From: Candidatus Methanomethylicia archaeon | GTDB taxonomy: Archaea; Thermoproteota; Methanomethylicia; Culexarchaeales; Culexarchaeaceae | DNA: 64,000 nt | Direction of reading: 5' to 3' | Assembly: GCA_038727515.1 (NCBI GenBank) | Contig: JAVYVS010000001.1 | Span: forward strand, 465,964-529,963 | Shown: in pieces, positions 49,697 to 59,550 of the stretch | How positions within the stretch are numbered: the stretch's first letter is position 1 | Layout: each line of letters starts with the position of its first letter | Position numbers and translations under genes: made by a program | Notes under the pieces: model-generated | Told to the model about the DNA's origin: nothing | What the model saw: the letters and a program-made list of their open reading frames with translations, nothing else | Database searches by the model: none

Positions 49697-49971
49697 AAAA
49701 ATTAAAATTAAGGTATTTAACATATTTTAAAGATTTAGTGGGAGTGGAAGAAGAAACAATAATGATAAAAGATGAAATAACTATTGAAAAACTTATAGAA
49801 ATGATAGCTGAAAGACATGGAGAAGAATTTTATAAACAATTAATAGATGAAGAGAGAAGAGACTTAAAACATGGAGTACTAATTGTAATGGATGGAAGAG
49901 TGGTGCAGAAGATAACTGAGAAAATCATGGGGGAAGAAATAATCTTTTCAATTGCTTCCACAGGAGGATAA
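49681..49971 (+). CDS. MoaD/ThiS-family ubiquitin-like small protein (C-terminal GG)
   Basis: 96 aa ending in STGG. It overlaps the AOR 3' end by 16 bp, a common AOR-associated arrangement. Confidence 0.6.
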   Translation: MGFSMKKLKLRYLTYFKDLVGVEEETIMIKDEITIEKLIEMIAERHGEEFYKQLIDEERRDLKHGVLIVMDGRVVQKITEKIMGEEIIFSIASTGG

Positions 49972-49993
49972 AAATAAAAATAAAAAGTTTTAT

Positions 49994-50845
49994 TTATTCA
50001 AGATATTTTGGAGCTTTTGGATACTTTTCCCAAAGCTTAGGATCATGACTTATCACTAAGTGAGTCCTAGGCTTTCTATTCATCAATTTCAACTTTTTAA
50101 CACCAATCAAGTATTCTTCTGCATTCCCTAAAAGCCAACCTTTAGATTCCACATTTAATTCTTCAGGTAAATGTAGGAAGTCTCCAGTGAAAATATAGGT
50201 ATTTCCAGCTTCAGTTTTCACTTCTACTAAGATGCTCCCAGGGGTATGTCCACCAACAAGAATTAGATTTATCCCTGGTAATAACTCCATGAATTGATCT
50301 TTAAAGGGATGCCAATTTGCACCCTTAAGATTCTCCATATCTATTGGTTGATATGCTCCAGCTTTACCTAAAAAGTAGAGTAAAGCTGCATAATTAATCT
50401 CCCTAAAGTGAGCGATAAAAGGAGTTTTATACTCTTTAAATAAGTATGCTTGCCCCACATGATCTAAATGTAGATGTGTGAAGACAACAAAATTAATATC
50501 GCTAGGTTTCAACCCAATAAATTTCAATTGATTCTCCAATTTATTTTCATCTGTAAACTTTGACATTGGAAAAACTTCCCATACACCTCTAACCCAAACT
50601 TTCTCTGCTTCAGGATGACTTCCAGCATCTATCAATACATATCCATCCCTATGTTCAATAAGTGCACCAGTAACAGGAATCTCAACCCAAGTAGGTTCCT
50701 TTATCTTTCCAGCAAGTTTATCAGACCAAGTTGCAGGATCTGGTATAAACCAGCCCATTTCCCCAGAAAGCCAACCATAATCTAGAAGATATATCTTCTT
50801 TACACCAACCATAAATATCCTCAAAAACACATTATATGTATTCAA
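49994..50845 (-). CDS. MBL-fold metallo-hydrolase (lactonase-like)
   Basis: THLHLDHVG is the HxHxDH motif. Length 283 aa. Confidence 0.75.
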   Translation of the reverse strand: MNTYNVFLRIFMVGVKKIYLLDYGWLSGEMGWFIPDPATWSDKLAGKIKEPTWVEIPVTGALIEHRDGYVLIDAGSHPEAEKVWVRGVWEVFPMSKFTDENKLENQLKFIGLKPSDINFVVFTHLHLDHVGQAYLFKEYKTPFIAHFREINYAALLYFLGKAGAYQPIDMENLKGANWHPFKDQFMELLPGINLILVGGHTPGSILVEVKTEAGNTYIFTGDFLHLPEELNVESKGWLLGNAEEYLIGVKKLKLMNRKPRTHLVISHDPKLWEKYPKAPKYLE

Positions 50846-51029
50846 TAGTTTAAATAAGTTTTGTAGGAAACTGCAATTTTACAATCAACTTAAACAAATT
50901 ATATTCTATGGAATTAAAATTTTAATTGATGCCACCATTTATTAATGGGAAGTATACATCTATCTCATTTCAGATTTAGAATAAATATATATCTCCCAGT
51001 ATATAAATATATATAGACAGGTATATATT

Positions 51030-51257
51030 ATGAAGATGCGTGGAATTTATGTAAAAGTGAAAGAAGATGTTTTAAAAGAATTTACAAAGGTTGCAAGATC
51101 ATTAGGTTTATCAAAAAGTGAAGCATTTAGGAAGGCCATGGAGAATTTCATAACTACTAGTAGTGGAGAAACTATGACGGCAAAAATGAGGGGGATTGTA
51201 AAAAGTAGATTAACCCTTAAAGAACTTGAGGAAGCATATTTGGTGTCTAAGTTTTGA
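51030..51257 (+). CDS. vapB: RHH/CopG-type antitoxin (VapB-like)
   Basis: At 75 aa, LSKSEAFRKAMENF looks like a ribbon-helix-helix core. It overlaps the downstream PIN gene by 4 bp. Confidence 0.5.
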   Translation: MKMRGIYVKVKEDVLKEFTKVARSLGLSKSEAFRKAMENFITTSSGETMTAKMRGIVKSRLTLKELEEAYLVSKF

Positions 51258-51733
51258 AGATATTCATAGATTCCTCTATTTTCCTAAAGCTAATGTTAGA
51301 TGAAGCTGAAGCTACTAAGGCACAGGATATCCTTGAAAATGTTGAGTATAGTAAAGTTCTTGGCTATGTAACACCTCTAATCCTTGAAGAAGTAATTTTC
51401 AAATTGATATTTGCTGAAGCAAGTTCAAAACTTAATACAACAAATATTTGGAAGATTAGAAGTGAACTTAAGGAAAATAAAGCATTAAAAATGGAATGCA
51501 TAAAGGTTGCTAGAAAATTTATGGAGTATATTGACCATTTATCTATGAGGGGTTTACGGATAGAAGGAGTATTTTTCAATGATTGGATTAAAAGCATAGA
51601 ATATATAGAGAAATATGGGTTACTACCAGCAGATGCACTTCATTTAGCAGTGGCAAAAAGACTTGAGGTAAATGCAATAGCAACTTTTGATGAAGACTTC
51701 AAAGTTATTGATGAAATTAAAATAATTCCTTAA
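51254..51733 (+). CDS. vapC: PIN-domain ribonuclease toxin (VapC-like)
   Basis: MKIFIDSSIF, the N-terminal PIN acidic motif, plus downstream acidic residues (TFDEDF). Length 159 aa. Confidence 0.65.
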   Translation: MKIFIDSSIFLKLMLDEAEATKAQDILENVEYSKVLGYVTPLILEEVIFKLIFAEASSKLNTTNIWKIRSELKENKALKMECIKVARKFMEYIDHLSMRGLRIEGVFFNDWIKSIEYIEKYGLLPADALHLAVAKRLEVNAIATFDEDFKVIDEIKIIP

Positions 51734-51782
51734 CCTTCTTCCTCTACACTCCATTATTCACAGAATTAACAATTTTGAGCAT

Positions 51783-54700
51783 TCAAGATTTAAATAACAA
51801 TAACGTCTTTATTTCAAAGGGTCTTATATCTAATGATATTGAATCAATTCTTTCAGCAATCAACCTTCTACTTTCCTCAATTATATCAGTTTCATATATA
51901 TTGAATTTCAATGGGAGTTTTAAGTTAATTTTACCTTCTCTACCTTCAATTTCATAAATTCTTAAAATAATGCTTGAATTATCTTCACTTAGTTTTATAG
52001 ATTCCAGTATACCACCGTAAATTTCAAAGAAACTATTGATTCGTGACATATCTACATTACCATTAAATGTCAATGTTTTTACATTATTCCAAACTTCATA
52101 AGCTCGTTTATAGACTTCACCACTACGATAATCTCCATAATGTGGGTAAATGTAATATGTGAATTCATTTAAACCTGTATCAGACCATGGATTAGGCATA
52201 ATTGAAGATTTAAGGAGACTTAACCCTATTCTAGAACCTTCAACACTATAACCATGCCTACTTTGCGATATAATTGCAAATCCATATTTACCATCTGATA
52301 AATCCATCCATCTCAATGCAGGAACTTCAAACATAGCTTTCTCAAAGGAATTGGATTTAATAGTTGATCTTTTCACAACTCCAAAGGGAACTTCAAAATA
52401 TGCTTCATTAGAATCAATATTTAAATTAAACCAAGCTTTCAATAAATAACCTCTATCAATCCAATCAACAATAGTTCTAAATTCAATTAATCTAGAACCA
52501 CAATATAACCTAACCTCTTGTTTAATAATAGATCTACCATACCTAAGACTATATCCAACTGAAGCTATTATAGGACCTGAAGCAAGTATCTTTGGGCTTT
52601 CAAAAACATTCAATGGTAATCCAGGATCTTTAATTGTAGATTCATCTATATCCCAAGCATCAAAACGTCCAGGTTTACATAAATGAACCTTAATAATATT
52701 ACTTGGTGAAGCAAGGAATTCCCTATTAAGCTCTTTATCATAAATTGACTTTATACTACAATCAAATCCTATTTTAACCATTAAATATTCATTTTCCAAT
52801 ACTATACCATCTTCAGCTTTAAATGCTTTAACAATATTATCATTAACATTTGAATTAACAATCTCATTACACTCTTCTAAAATAATGTAGCCTAAAGATG
52901 GAACTTTAATAAGAGCATAATAACCATCATCAAATTCTTGAGTTAAAATAACTTCACCACTTGGAAGTTTAAAAGATTTCTTTGGAAGTTTTACTAATGC
53001 CTTCCAACCCCAATTCAATTTATTGAATACAATAACATTATTGATATTATTATTGATTTGAGAAGTTGTAAATATGGATTTTAAAGCATTGTTTGATAGA
53101 AGTTTAAGTTTCTCAATGGTATTTTCAAGTTCATTATAAGCTTCTTCATAAGCTTCATAGTTACATGATCCAGGTAGAACATCATGAAATTGAGCTCTTA
53201 AAATTACTTCCCAAGCATTATTCAATTCTTCCCTTGGATAATTAATTTTACCCATTAAATTGGCTAGTGTACATAGAGTTTCAGCCCATAAAACTTCATT
53301 TTCAGATTTCCACACTAAATCCTTAATTCTAATGTTAGTTGTAAAAACACCTCTATGAAATTCATTATATATTTCTCCAAACCATTTTGGAAATCTTTTT
53401 GATGCATCTTTTAATATCTTTATGTATTCATCTTGTTTTGGAGCTTCTATAAGCTTAGGTATCCATGGAACTTTCTTTAACAATTTAATTCTCTCAAACA
53501 TTGTGAAGGTTGGTCCACCACCGCCATCACCATAACCATAACTATGAACTGCTGGAGCAAGCTCCTTACCAATATATCTATCCCACAAATCGTGAATCTC
53601 ATTTGCAGTTAAAATTCCATTGTAAGTTAATGGTAGTATGTGAACAATTATATTTGAACCATCAATACCTTCCCATATAAAGGCGTGATATGGGAATTTA
53701 TTTGTATCATTCCACATAACCTTATGTGTAACAAAAACTTCTAAACCACTTTTAACCATTAATTGTGGAAGCTGAGCTGAAAAACCAAATGTATCTGGAA
53801 GCCATCCAACCCTACATTTAAACCCAAATTTATCCATGAAATATCTTTGACCATAAAGGAATTGCCTAGCAAGAGATTCCCCACACACCAATTGAGTATC
53901 GGATTCAACCCACATACCACCAACTGGAAGCCATTTACCATCATTAATAAGCTTCTTAACATCCTCGAAGAGTTTGGAATCGCATTCCTCAAGCCACCTA
54001 TAATTTTGAGCACCACTCTGAACATAAGTGAAATCATAACCTAAATTTGAAAGACGAGTAATCGTGGAAAACGTTCTAACAATCTTCCTCTTAGTCTCAC
54101 TGTAAGGCCAGAGCCAAGCAGTATCAATATGAGCATGACCAAACAAGAATACACTCCCAACAACACCAACATTAACATCCAATTTATCTAATATACACTT
54201 AATCTCGTTAATAGTATTGCGGACTTCACTTATACTTGGCATGGGGAGATCATTTAAAGTACCATCTAAAACACGATCGCCATAAACTGAGGCAATATAT
54301 GAGTAATCCCATCTAAGCCTCCTATACTCCCTCAAACCTCCAATCAAATTATAGCCATAAAGGGATCTAGCCATAGCATAAATCTGAAGAATACTTGGAG
54401 AAAGCTTAATGCATTCAGCCATACTTGAAAGTAATGGAATAATTTCAGAATTCCTCTGAACATAATTCAATAAATCCATCAATGATAATGCAAAATTAAA
54501 TTCATCCCATAAAACCCCAGCTAAACTAGATGAGTAAAACGTAAACATAGAGGGATTTTCACCAAAAGATCTACGTGAAGTAACCTCCAACAACACCCTC
54601 CTAAAACTATTTCTAATGGGTATTAACTTATGCTCATCATCAACACCATGATAAACACAACCATCCACATAAACCAAACCACAACCAGAAATATCAAATC

Positions 54701-54911
54701 TAAAAAGCCAAGACAAACCCATAGACTTCTCAAAATCAAAATCACAACTAAACCTCAAAACAGTATCAGGGGAAACCCTACAAGAGAATGGAAGAACAAT
54801 TTCCCCACCATTAAAACCCCAATAATCAATAGACCTAAAATACATAAAAGTTGAAGCAAGCAAATCAAAAAATCTCCTCTCAACCTCATACAAACTCAAC
54901 ATAAAATCCAA
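51783..54911 (-). CDS. glycoside hydrolase family 38 alpha-mannosidase (cytoplasmic, no signal peptide)
   Basis: FGHAHIDTAWLWP is the GH38 catalytic N-domain signature. The 1042-aa size matches the GH38 N + alpha-mann_mid + C domain architecture. Confidence 0.85.
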   Translation of the reverse strand: MDFMLSLYEVERRFFDLLASTFMYFRSIDYWGFNGGEIVLPFSCRVSPDTVLRFSCDFDFEKSMGLSWLFRFDISGCGLVYVDGCVYHGVDDEHKLIPIRNSFRRVLLEVTSRRSFGENPSMFTFYSSSLAGVLWDEFNFALSLMDLLNYVQRNSEIIPLLSSMAECIKLSPSILQIYAMARSLYGYNLIGGLREYRRLRWDYSYIASVYGDRVLDGTLNDLPMPSISEVRNTINEIKCILDKLDVNVGVVGSVFLFGHAHIDTAWLWPYSETKRKIVRTFSTITRLSNLGYDFTYVQSGAQNYRWLEECDSKLFEDVKKLINDGKWLPVGGMWVESDTQLVCGESLARQFLYGQRYFMDKFGFKCRVGWLPDTFGFSAQLPQLMVKSGLEVFVTHKVMWNDTNKFPYHAFIWEGIDGSNIIVHILPLTYNGILTANEIHDLWDRYIGKELAPAVHSYGYGDGGGGPTFTMFERIKLLKKVPWIPKLIEAPKQDEYIKILKDASKRFPKWFGEIYNEFHRGVFTTNIRIKDLVWKSENEVLWAETLCTLANLMGKINYPREELNNAWEVILRAQFHDVLPGSCNYEAYEEAYNELENTIEKLKLLSNNALKSIFTTSQINNNINNVIVFNKLNWGWKALVKLPKKSFKLPSGEVILTQEFDDGYYALIKVPSLGYIILEECNEIVNSNVNDNIVKAFKAEDGIVLENEYLMVKIGFDCSIKSIYDKELNREFLASPSNIIKVHLCKPGRFDAWDIDESTIKDPGLPLNVFESPKILASGPIIASVGYSLRYGRSIIKQEVRLYCGSRLIEFRTIVDWIDRGYLLKAWFNLNIDSNEAYFEVPFGVVKRSTIKSNSFEKAMFEVPALRWMDLSDGKYGFAIISQSRHGYSVEGSRIGLSLLKSSIMPNPWSDTGLNEFTYYIYPHYGDYRSGEVYKRAYEVWNNVKTLTFNGNVDMSRINSFFEIYGGILESIKLSEDNSSIILRIYEIEGREGKINLKLPLKFNIYETDIIEESRRLIAERIDSISLDIRPFEIKTLLLFKS

Positions 54912-54992
54912 ATAGAATATTTAATGGAAACATTTAAAAGATTTAACCTTAAAGGTGGAGCAACAAAAATGGGGGTAAATGGAATTTGTGGT

Positions 54993-56228
54993 TTATGTTT
55001 TTAGTATTATTGCCCATGCTGGCAATTCATAATAGGCATTCACAGTCCTATAAACTTTGATGTAATATATGTTTATTGTAACGCCTTCCACACCGTAAAC
55101 TCTTACATCAGCACTTATGGAATATGCTTCTTTGATCACTAAATCTATGTCTATTGGAACTCTTAATGTTGCTGGAAGTTTTGAAAATTGGATGCCTAAA
55201 ATGAAAGTGATTATGGGGATAGCAAACTCTTGACTAACTTGGGAATATAAGTATACGATTGTTGCAACTTCATTCCATCCCTTTCCCACAGTACTCTTCA
55301 AAAATATTTGGTTGCCATCAATATCATCCTCTCCTTTTGTTGTTTGTAGGCTGTCTGGATAGTAGTATTGTGCGTAAATTCTATGTTCTAGGTATAGTTC
55401 TCCTCCATCTGCAGGTTCCTCATACTCCCAACATTCATAATTGAGAGCTACAAGACATGAAACATATCCAACACTATTCTGATCAACATCAAAAGTAAGA
55501 GCCTTCTCAGTTTGTGATGTTACCCAACTTATTTCTGCCCCTATGCTCCATGGTACTTCTATTGAGTCATCAGCTTTTAGGGTTACTGAGAATGTGCATT
55601 TGAATGCTACCTCCTTATTATACTCTGCTAAATACCCACAACTTGCTTTTGTGTTTTGGTCTGTTATCACTTTGAAGAATGTCTCCCTCATTGTTTTTTG
55701 CTCGGTGTATATTAGTTTTGCCCATGGTGGTGCTTGCTGTTTCACGTTTATTATCGATGTTTTTAGTTTTTGTTCTGTTTTTGATACGTTATGTTTTAAG
55801 TTTACTATTGTTGATGTGAATATTGGTCCGGTAGTGGTTAATGGTAGTTTTATTGATCCTGCCCCAAAGTATAATGTGTTGTTATGTTTTCCAAATGCTG
55901 TTATGTATAGTCCTGGGTTTATTGTGAAGCTCCTCTTCTCAGCTTTATTCCAATCCATTACTGGTTTTATTATGTCTTTTATTGATAACTCAAATGACGC
56001 TACCCCATATTGGTTTGTGGATGCGGTTTTTACAAGTCTAGTACCATTTGGTGCTATTGCGAAAACATATACGTTTGCGCCTGGAATTGTTTCACCATCT
56101 TTAACCACGGTGACGTTTAAATGTATGGTGTCAAACTCCATTGCAATAATGTAAACGCCGCCAAACAATGCTATAACAAACAATAATGTAATAATTATAG
56201 TTTTTAAGCTAGATTTATTAATAAACAT
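54993..56228 (-). CDS. secreted/membrane-anchored hypothetical protein
   Basis: An N-terminal signal anchor (IIITLLFVIALFGGVYIIAM) and beta-rich, Thr/Asn-rich sequence. No recognisable domain. Confidence 0.4.
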   Translation of the reverse strand: MFINKSSLKTIIITLLFVIALFGGVYIIAMEFDTIHLNVTVVKDGETIPGANVYVFAIAPNGTRLVKTASTNQYGVASFELSIKDIIKPVMDWNKAEKRSFTINPGLYITAFGKHNNTLYFGAGSIKLPLTTTGPIFTSTIVNLKHNVSKTEQKLKTSIINVKQQAPPWAKLIYTEQKTMRETFFKVITDQNTKASCGYLAEYNKEVAFKCTFSVTLKADDSIEVPWSIGAEISWVTSQTEKALTFDVDQNSVGYVSCLVALNYECWEYEEPADGGELYLEHRIYAQYYYPDSLQTTKGEDDIDGNQIFLKSTVGKGWNEVATIVYLYSQVSQEFAIPIITFILGIQFSKLPATLRVPIDIDLVIKEAYSISADVRVYGVEGVTINIYYIKVYRTVNAYYELPAWAIILKT

Positions 56229-56639
56229 TAAAACCCACTAAAATAAACAAAAACAAAACCAACATATATATATATCGACCATAAATAAAGCTTTAAGAAA
56301 TGAATCTATGGAGAAGCGTCTGAGAAAATTTCTGTAGGTTATTTCTCATAATAGCTTCATGGAACCTCCTCAATATTTTTCTCTTTTAAGTTCACGATTA
56401 ATGTGACGTTTGAGCACACTTTCTGAATTATAAGGTAGGAATAGAAACTTAGAATAACGAATATGCAACCATAATAATTGAATTTAATATGCTTGATCTC
56501 ATAGGTCAGTTCACGTCGGTTTATGATACTTAAACCTATAAATATTCCAAAATGATATAAAAATTGTTAGCTGAAACCATTTAAAAAGTAAGCATTAATG
56601 TAATATATGCTGCTATTATGATGTATAGGTTGATTGTAG

Positions 56640-57242
56640 ATGAAGGTTGGTGTAGTTGTTGGTGTGGATTTGGCTGGTGTTGAAACTAGACCTACTGGTA
56701 TTTGTGTTTTGAAGGGTAATTTTGTTAAAGTATTAACTGTATATGGTGATGAAGAAATCATAGATATAATTGTTGGGGAGAAGCCTAATGTAGTTGCTAT
56801 TGATGCACCTTTATCACTTCCCAAGGATAAAACTTTGGATTCTAAATACTGTATTAGGGTTTGTGATAGAGAACTTATGAGGATGGGTATAAAGTTTTTC
56901 CCATTGAATTTTAAGTGGATGAAAAACCTTACTGAAAGAGGGATTAGACTTAGAAGGATATTAACAGACATGGGGTTTAATGTCATAGAAACTTATCCAG
57001 GTGGAGCACAACAAATTTTGGGTTTACCTAGAGTGAAGAAGGGAAAAGAGTATTTAAGATTAAAGCTGAAGGAAATATTTGATTTAAATGGAGATATAAA
57101 CAATGAGAAATTAACTCCACATGAAATAGATGCTGTCACATGTGCCGTTGTTGGTAGATTATATCTTGAGGGTAATTATATTGCCATAGGGGATCCAGAT
57201 GAAATGGTCATGATACTCCCAAAACCAAGGTTACTTAATTAA
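56640..57242 (+). CDS. DUF429-like predicted RNase-H-fold protein
   Basis: VVGVDLAGVETRPTGICVL...VVAIDAPLSLP resembles DUF429 / RNase-H-like nuclease family N-termini. Length 200 aa. Confidence 0.4.
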   Translation: MKVGVVVGVDLAGVETRPTGICVLKGNFVKVLTVYGDEEIIDIIVGEKPNVVAIDAPLSLPKDKTLDSKYCIRVCDRELMRMGIKFFPLNFKWMKNLTERGIRLRRILTDMGFNVIETYPGGAQQILGLPRVKKGKEYLRLKLKEIFDLNGDINNEKLTPHEIDAVTCAVVGRLYLEGNYIAIGDPDEMVMILPKPRLLN

Positions 57243-57672
57243 CTATTCCAAGCTTTTTATAAATCATTGATTTAACTTCATTTATACTTTCAATAGAACC
57301 TCTTAATTTCTCACTATCTATTCTTATTATTTCAAATCCAAAACTTCTCAACCATGAATCTCTACGCATATCTTTTTCCATGGCTTGTTTAAAGAATTTA
57401 TGCCATATTCCACCGTCGATTTCAACTATTAAATTCCATTTAGGAAGGAAGAAGTCAACCCAAAAATATCTTCCTCTATCACTCTTGAATTTGTAATTGT
57501 GATAAAAATCTTCATCCTTCTTTAATCCAGCCTCCAACAGTATATTTTCAAAGACCTTTTCTTCTGGAGTGTATTTTCCAGCTTTAACATATCGCTCCAT
57601 TACACCTTTAACAAACTTACTAAAGTTTTCAGATCTCTTATCTTTAACCTTACTATTTTTACTAGCTTTCAT
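57235..57672 (-). CDS. DUF559/Vsr-like endonuclease-fold protein
   Basis: VDFFLPKWNLIVEIDGGIWH...RDSWLRSFGFEIIRI matches the DUF559 (very-short-patch-repair-endonuclease-like) core. Its 3' end overlaps the convergent DUF429-like gene by 8 bp. Confidence 0.65.
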   Translation of the reverse strand: MKASKNSKVKDKRSENFSKFVKGVMERYVKAGKYTPEEKVFENILLEAGLKKDEDFYHNYKFKSDRGRYFWVDFFLPKWNLIVEIDGGIWHKFFKQAMEKDMRRDSWLRSFGFEIIRIDSEKLRGSIESINEVKSMIYKKLGIVN

Positions 57673-57713
57673 ATATACACTCTACCCAGTTAAAAAGTGT
57701 TGAGAAGAATTAT

Positions 57714-59489
57714 TTATTTAATTATGGTTTTTCTTATTACTCGCCCACTCAATGTCCCTATATGTTTTCCATTTTTCACCACGATTTCTCCATTAACAAT
57801 AACATATTCTATGCCTACCGGTGGAATTCTCGGTTCTATATATGTTCCACGATCACTTATGGTGTCTAAGTTGAATATCGTTATATCAGCCCATGCACCA
57901 ACCTTTATTACCCCTCTATCTATAATCTTCATTCTTTTTGCTGGTGTATACGTTATTTTTCTAATAGCTTCTTCAAGACTTAGAGTCTTTCTCTCTCTTA
58001 CAAATCTTTTGATATATCTTGAAAATGCACCATAAGTATTTGGATGAGGTAAATAGTATGGTGGAACTTTAGCTTCCCATTTAAAATCTAATGCAAAAAT
58101 ATCTGCACCAATCATAGAATTTGGATGTTTTATGAATACATCTAAACTTTCTTCACCAGCATATGTATAACTTGGTTCATATAATGTCTCTGGATCTTCA
58201 ATTATAATATTCATTAACATATCCACTGGATCCATATTCTTATATGTGGAAATTTCACCTAAACTCTTATCAATATAATCATTATTCCTACATTTTCTAA
58301 TGATTATATTATCCATCCAATATGGATCTATAGTTGGATTAATTGTATACCATTTACCATTATAAATTGCTTCTTTAATATCCCTCCTATAATCTTCACA
58401 TTTAAGATTCTCAATAAATCGTTCTAAACTACCAGATTCTCTAAGCCATGGTGATAGTAGAGATATTAATTTTGGCATGGAGAATACTCCACCAGTAATA
58501 TTTGGTATAACGTCAAAGGTTACATCTACACCCCTCTCCAACGCCTTATTTATATATTCTAGAGTCGCTTCAGCCATAGCCTTCCTTAAACTTTCAGGTG
58601 GTGGTGGATATACAACATATCCATATGATATATGTGAAATTTGAACTGGAACTCCGGTTTTCTCAGATATTTCAATGGCTTCAATGATACCTTTAATCTT
58701 TTCTGGAGGTCTAGTCTCCCTTCTAGCTTCAGTCCTTATACCAGTTCTCCTCCAATGGGTAGCATAAATACCATCATACTCCTTAACAACTTTAACCAAT
58801 TCAATAAGCTCTTGTATATCAGCGTAATATCCAGGGGCATAATCTAATCCACTAGACATTCCATGAGCTCCAGCATCCATAGCCTCTCTTAAATGAACCT
58901 TCATATCATCAATTTCCTTTTGAGATGCCTTCCTCTTATGATCTTCACCCATAACCACAGCTCTTATAGAACCATGACCTACAAGAGGTATGTAATTTAT
59001 TGATAACCCCTTAGATTCAACTTTATTTAAGAAATCATTGAAGGTTTTCCAATCAATTGTAAACCCAAATTTCTCCTTAAGTTTTTCATTAACTTTCTCT
59101 ATGGGATGCATTAATGGTGCATAATACTTGTATGGTTTTAATTCATGCCACCAATCCATCTCCCAAAAGGACATAAGCCAGAAATCTCCAACTGGTGCAG
59201 GCGAATAACCACAATTTCCACCAACAATAGTTGTTACACCTTGTAGAACATAGTTTTCAGCTTTAGGATATAATAGGATGGTTTCATCACCATGACTATG
59301 AATATCAATAAATCCAGGTGAAACTATAAGTTCAGATGCATCTATAACCATTTTAACATCAACCTTAGGTTTTTCACTAGATACATAGACAATTCTACCC
59401 TTTTGAATACCTATAAACCCTTTAAATGGACTTGAACCAGTACCATCAACAATTAATCCATTTTCAATGAGAATATCCCATTCAACCAA
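57714..59489 (-). CDS. N-acyl-D-amino-acid deacylase (D-aminoacylase) family amidohydrolase, second paralog
   Basis: SPGFIDIHSHGD and C-terminal GAWADITIF are present. The 591-aa ORF is collinear with 23557-25248. Confidence 0.75.
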   Translation of the reverse strand: MVEWDILIENGLIVDGTGSSPFKGFIGIQKGRIVYVSSEKPKVDVKMVIDASELIVSPGFIDIHSHGDETILLYPKAENYVLQGVTTIVGGNCGYSPAPVGDFWLMSFWEMDWWHELKPYKYYAPLMHPIEKVNEKLKEKFGFTIDWKTFNDFLNKVESKGLSINYIPLVGHGSIRAVVMGEDHKRKASQKEIDDMKVHLREAMDAGAHGMSSGLDYAPGYYADIQELIELVKVVKEYDGIYATHWRRTGIRTEARRETRPPEKIKGIIEAIEISEKTGVPVQISHISYGYVVYPPPPESLRKAMAEATLEYINKALERGVDVTFDVIPNITGGVFSMPKLISLLSPWLRESGSLERFIENLKCEDYRRDIKEAIYNGKWYTINPTIDPYWMDNIIIRKCRNNDYIDKSLGEISTYKNMDPVDMLMNIIIEDPETLYEPSYTYAGEESLDVFIKHPNSMIGADIFALDFKWEAKVPPYYLPHPNTYGAFSRYIKRFVRERKTLSLEEAIRKITYTPAKRMKIIDRGVIKVGAWADITIFNLDTISDRGTYIEPRIPPVGIEYVIVNGEIVVKNGKHIGTLSGRVIRKTIIK

Positions 59490-59550
59490 TTGAATACACC
59501 AACCAAAATATATAATATTAAGGCGATTTAAGAATATTCATTGAGCTTAA

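Noticed and set aside
56640-59489. Apparent T-ending codon bias in the DUF429, DUF559 and D-aminoacylase genes, suggesting a horizontally acquired island.
   Set aside because: The same third-position T preference (GTT/GGT/GCT) is seen in clearly native genes such as sucD and the first D-aminoacylase. It is not a discriminating signal.
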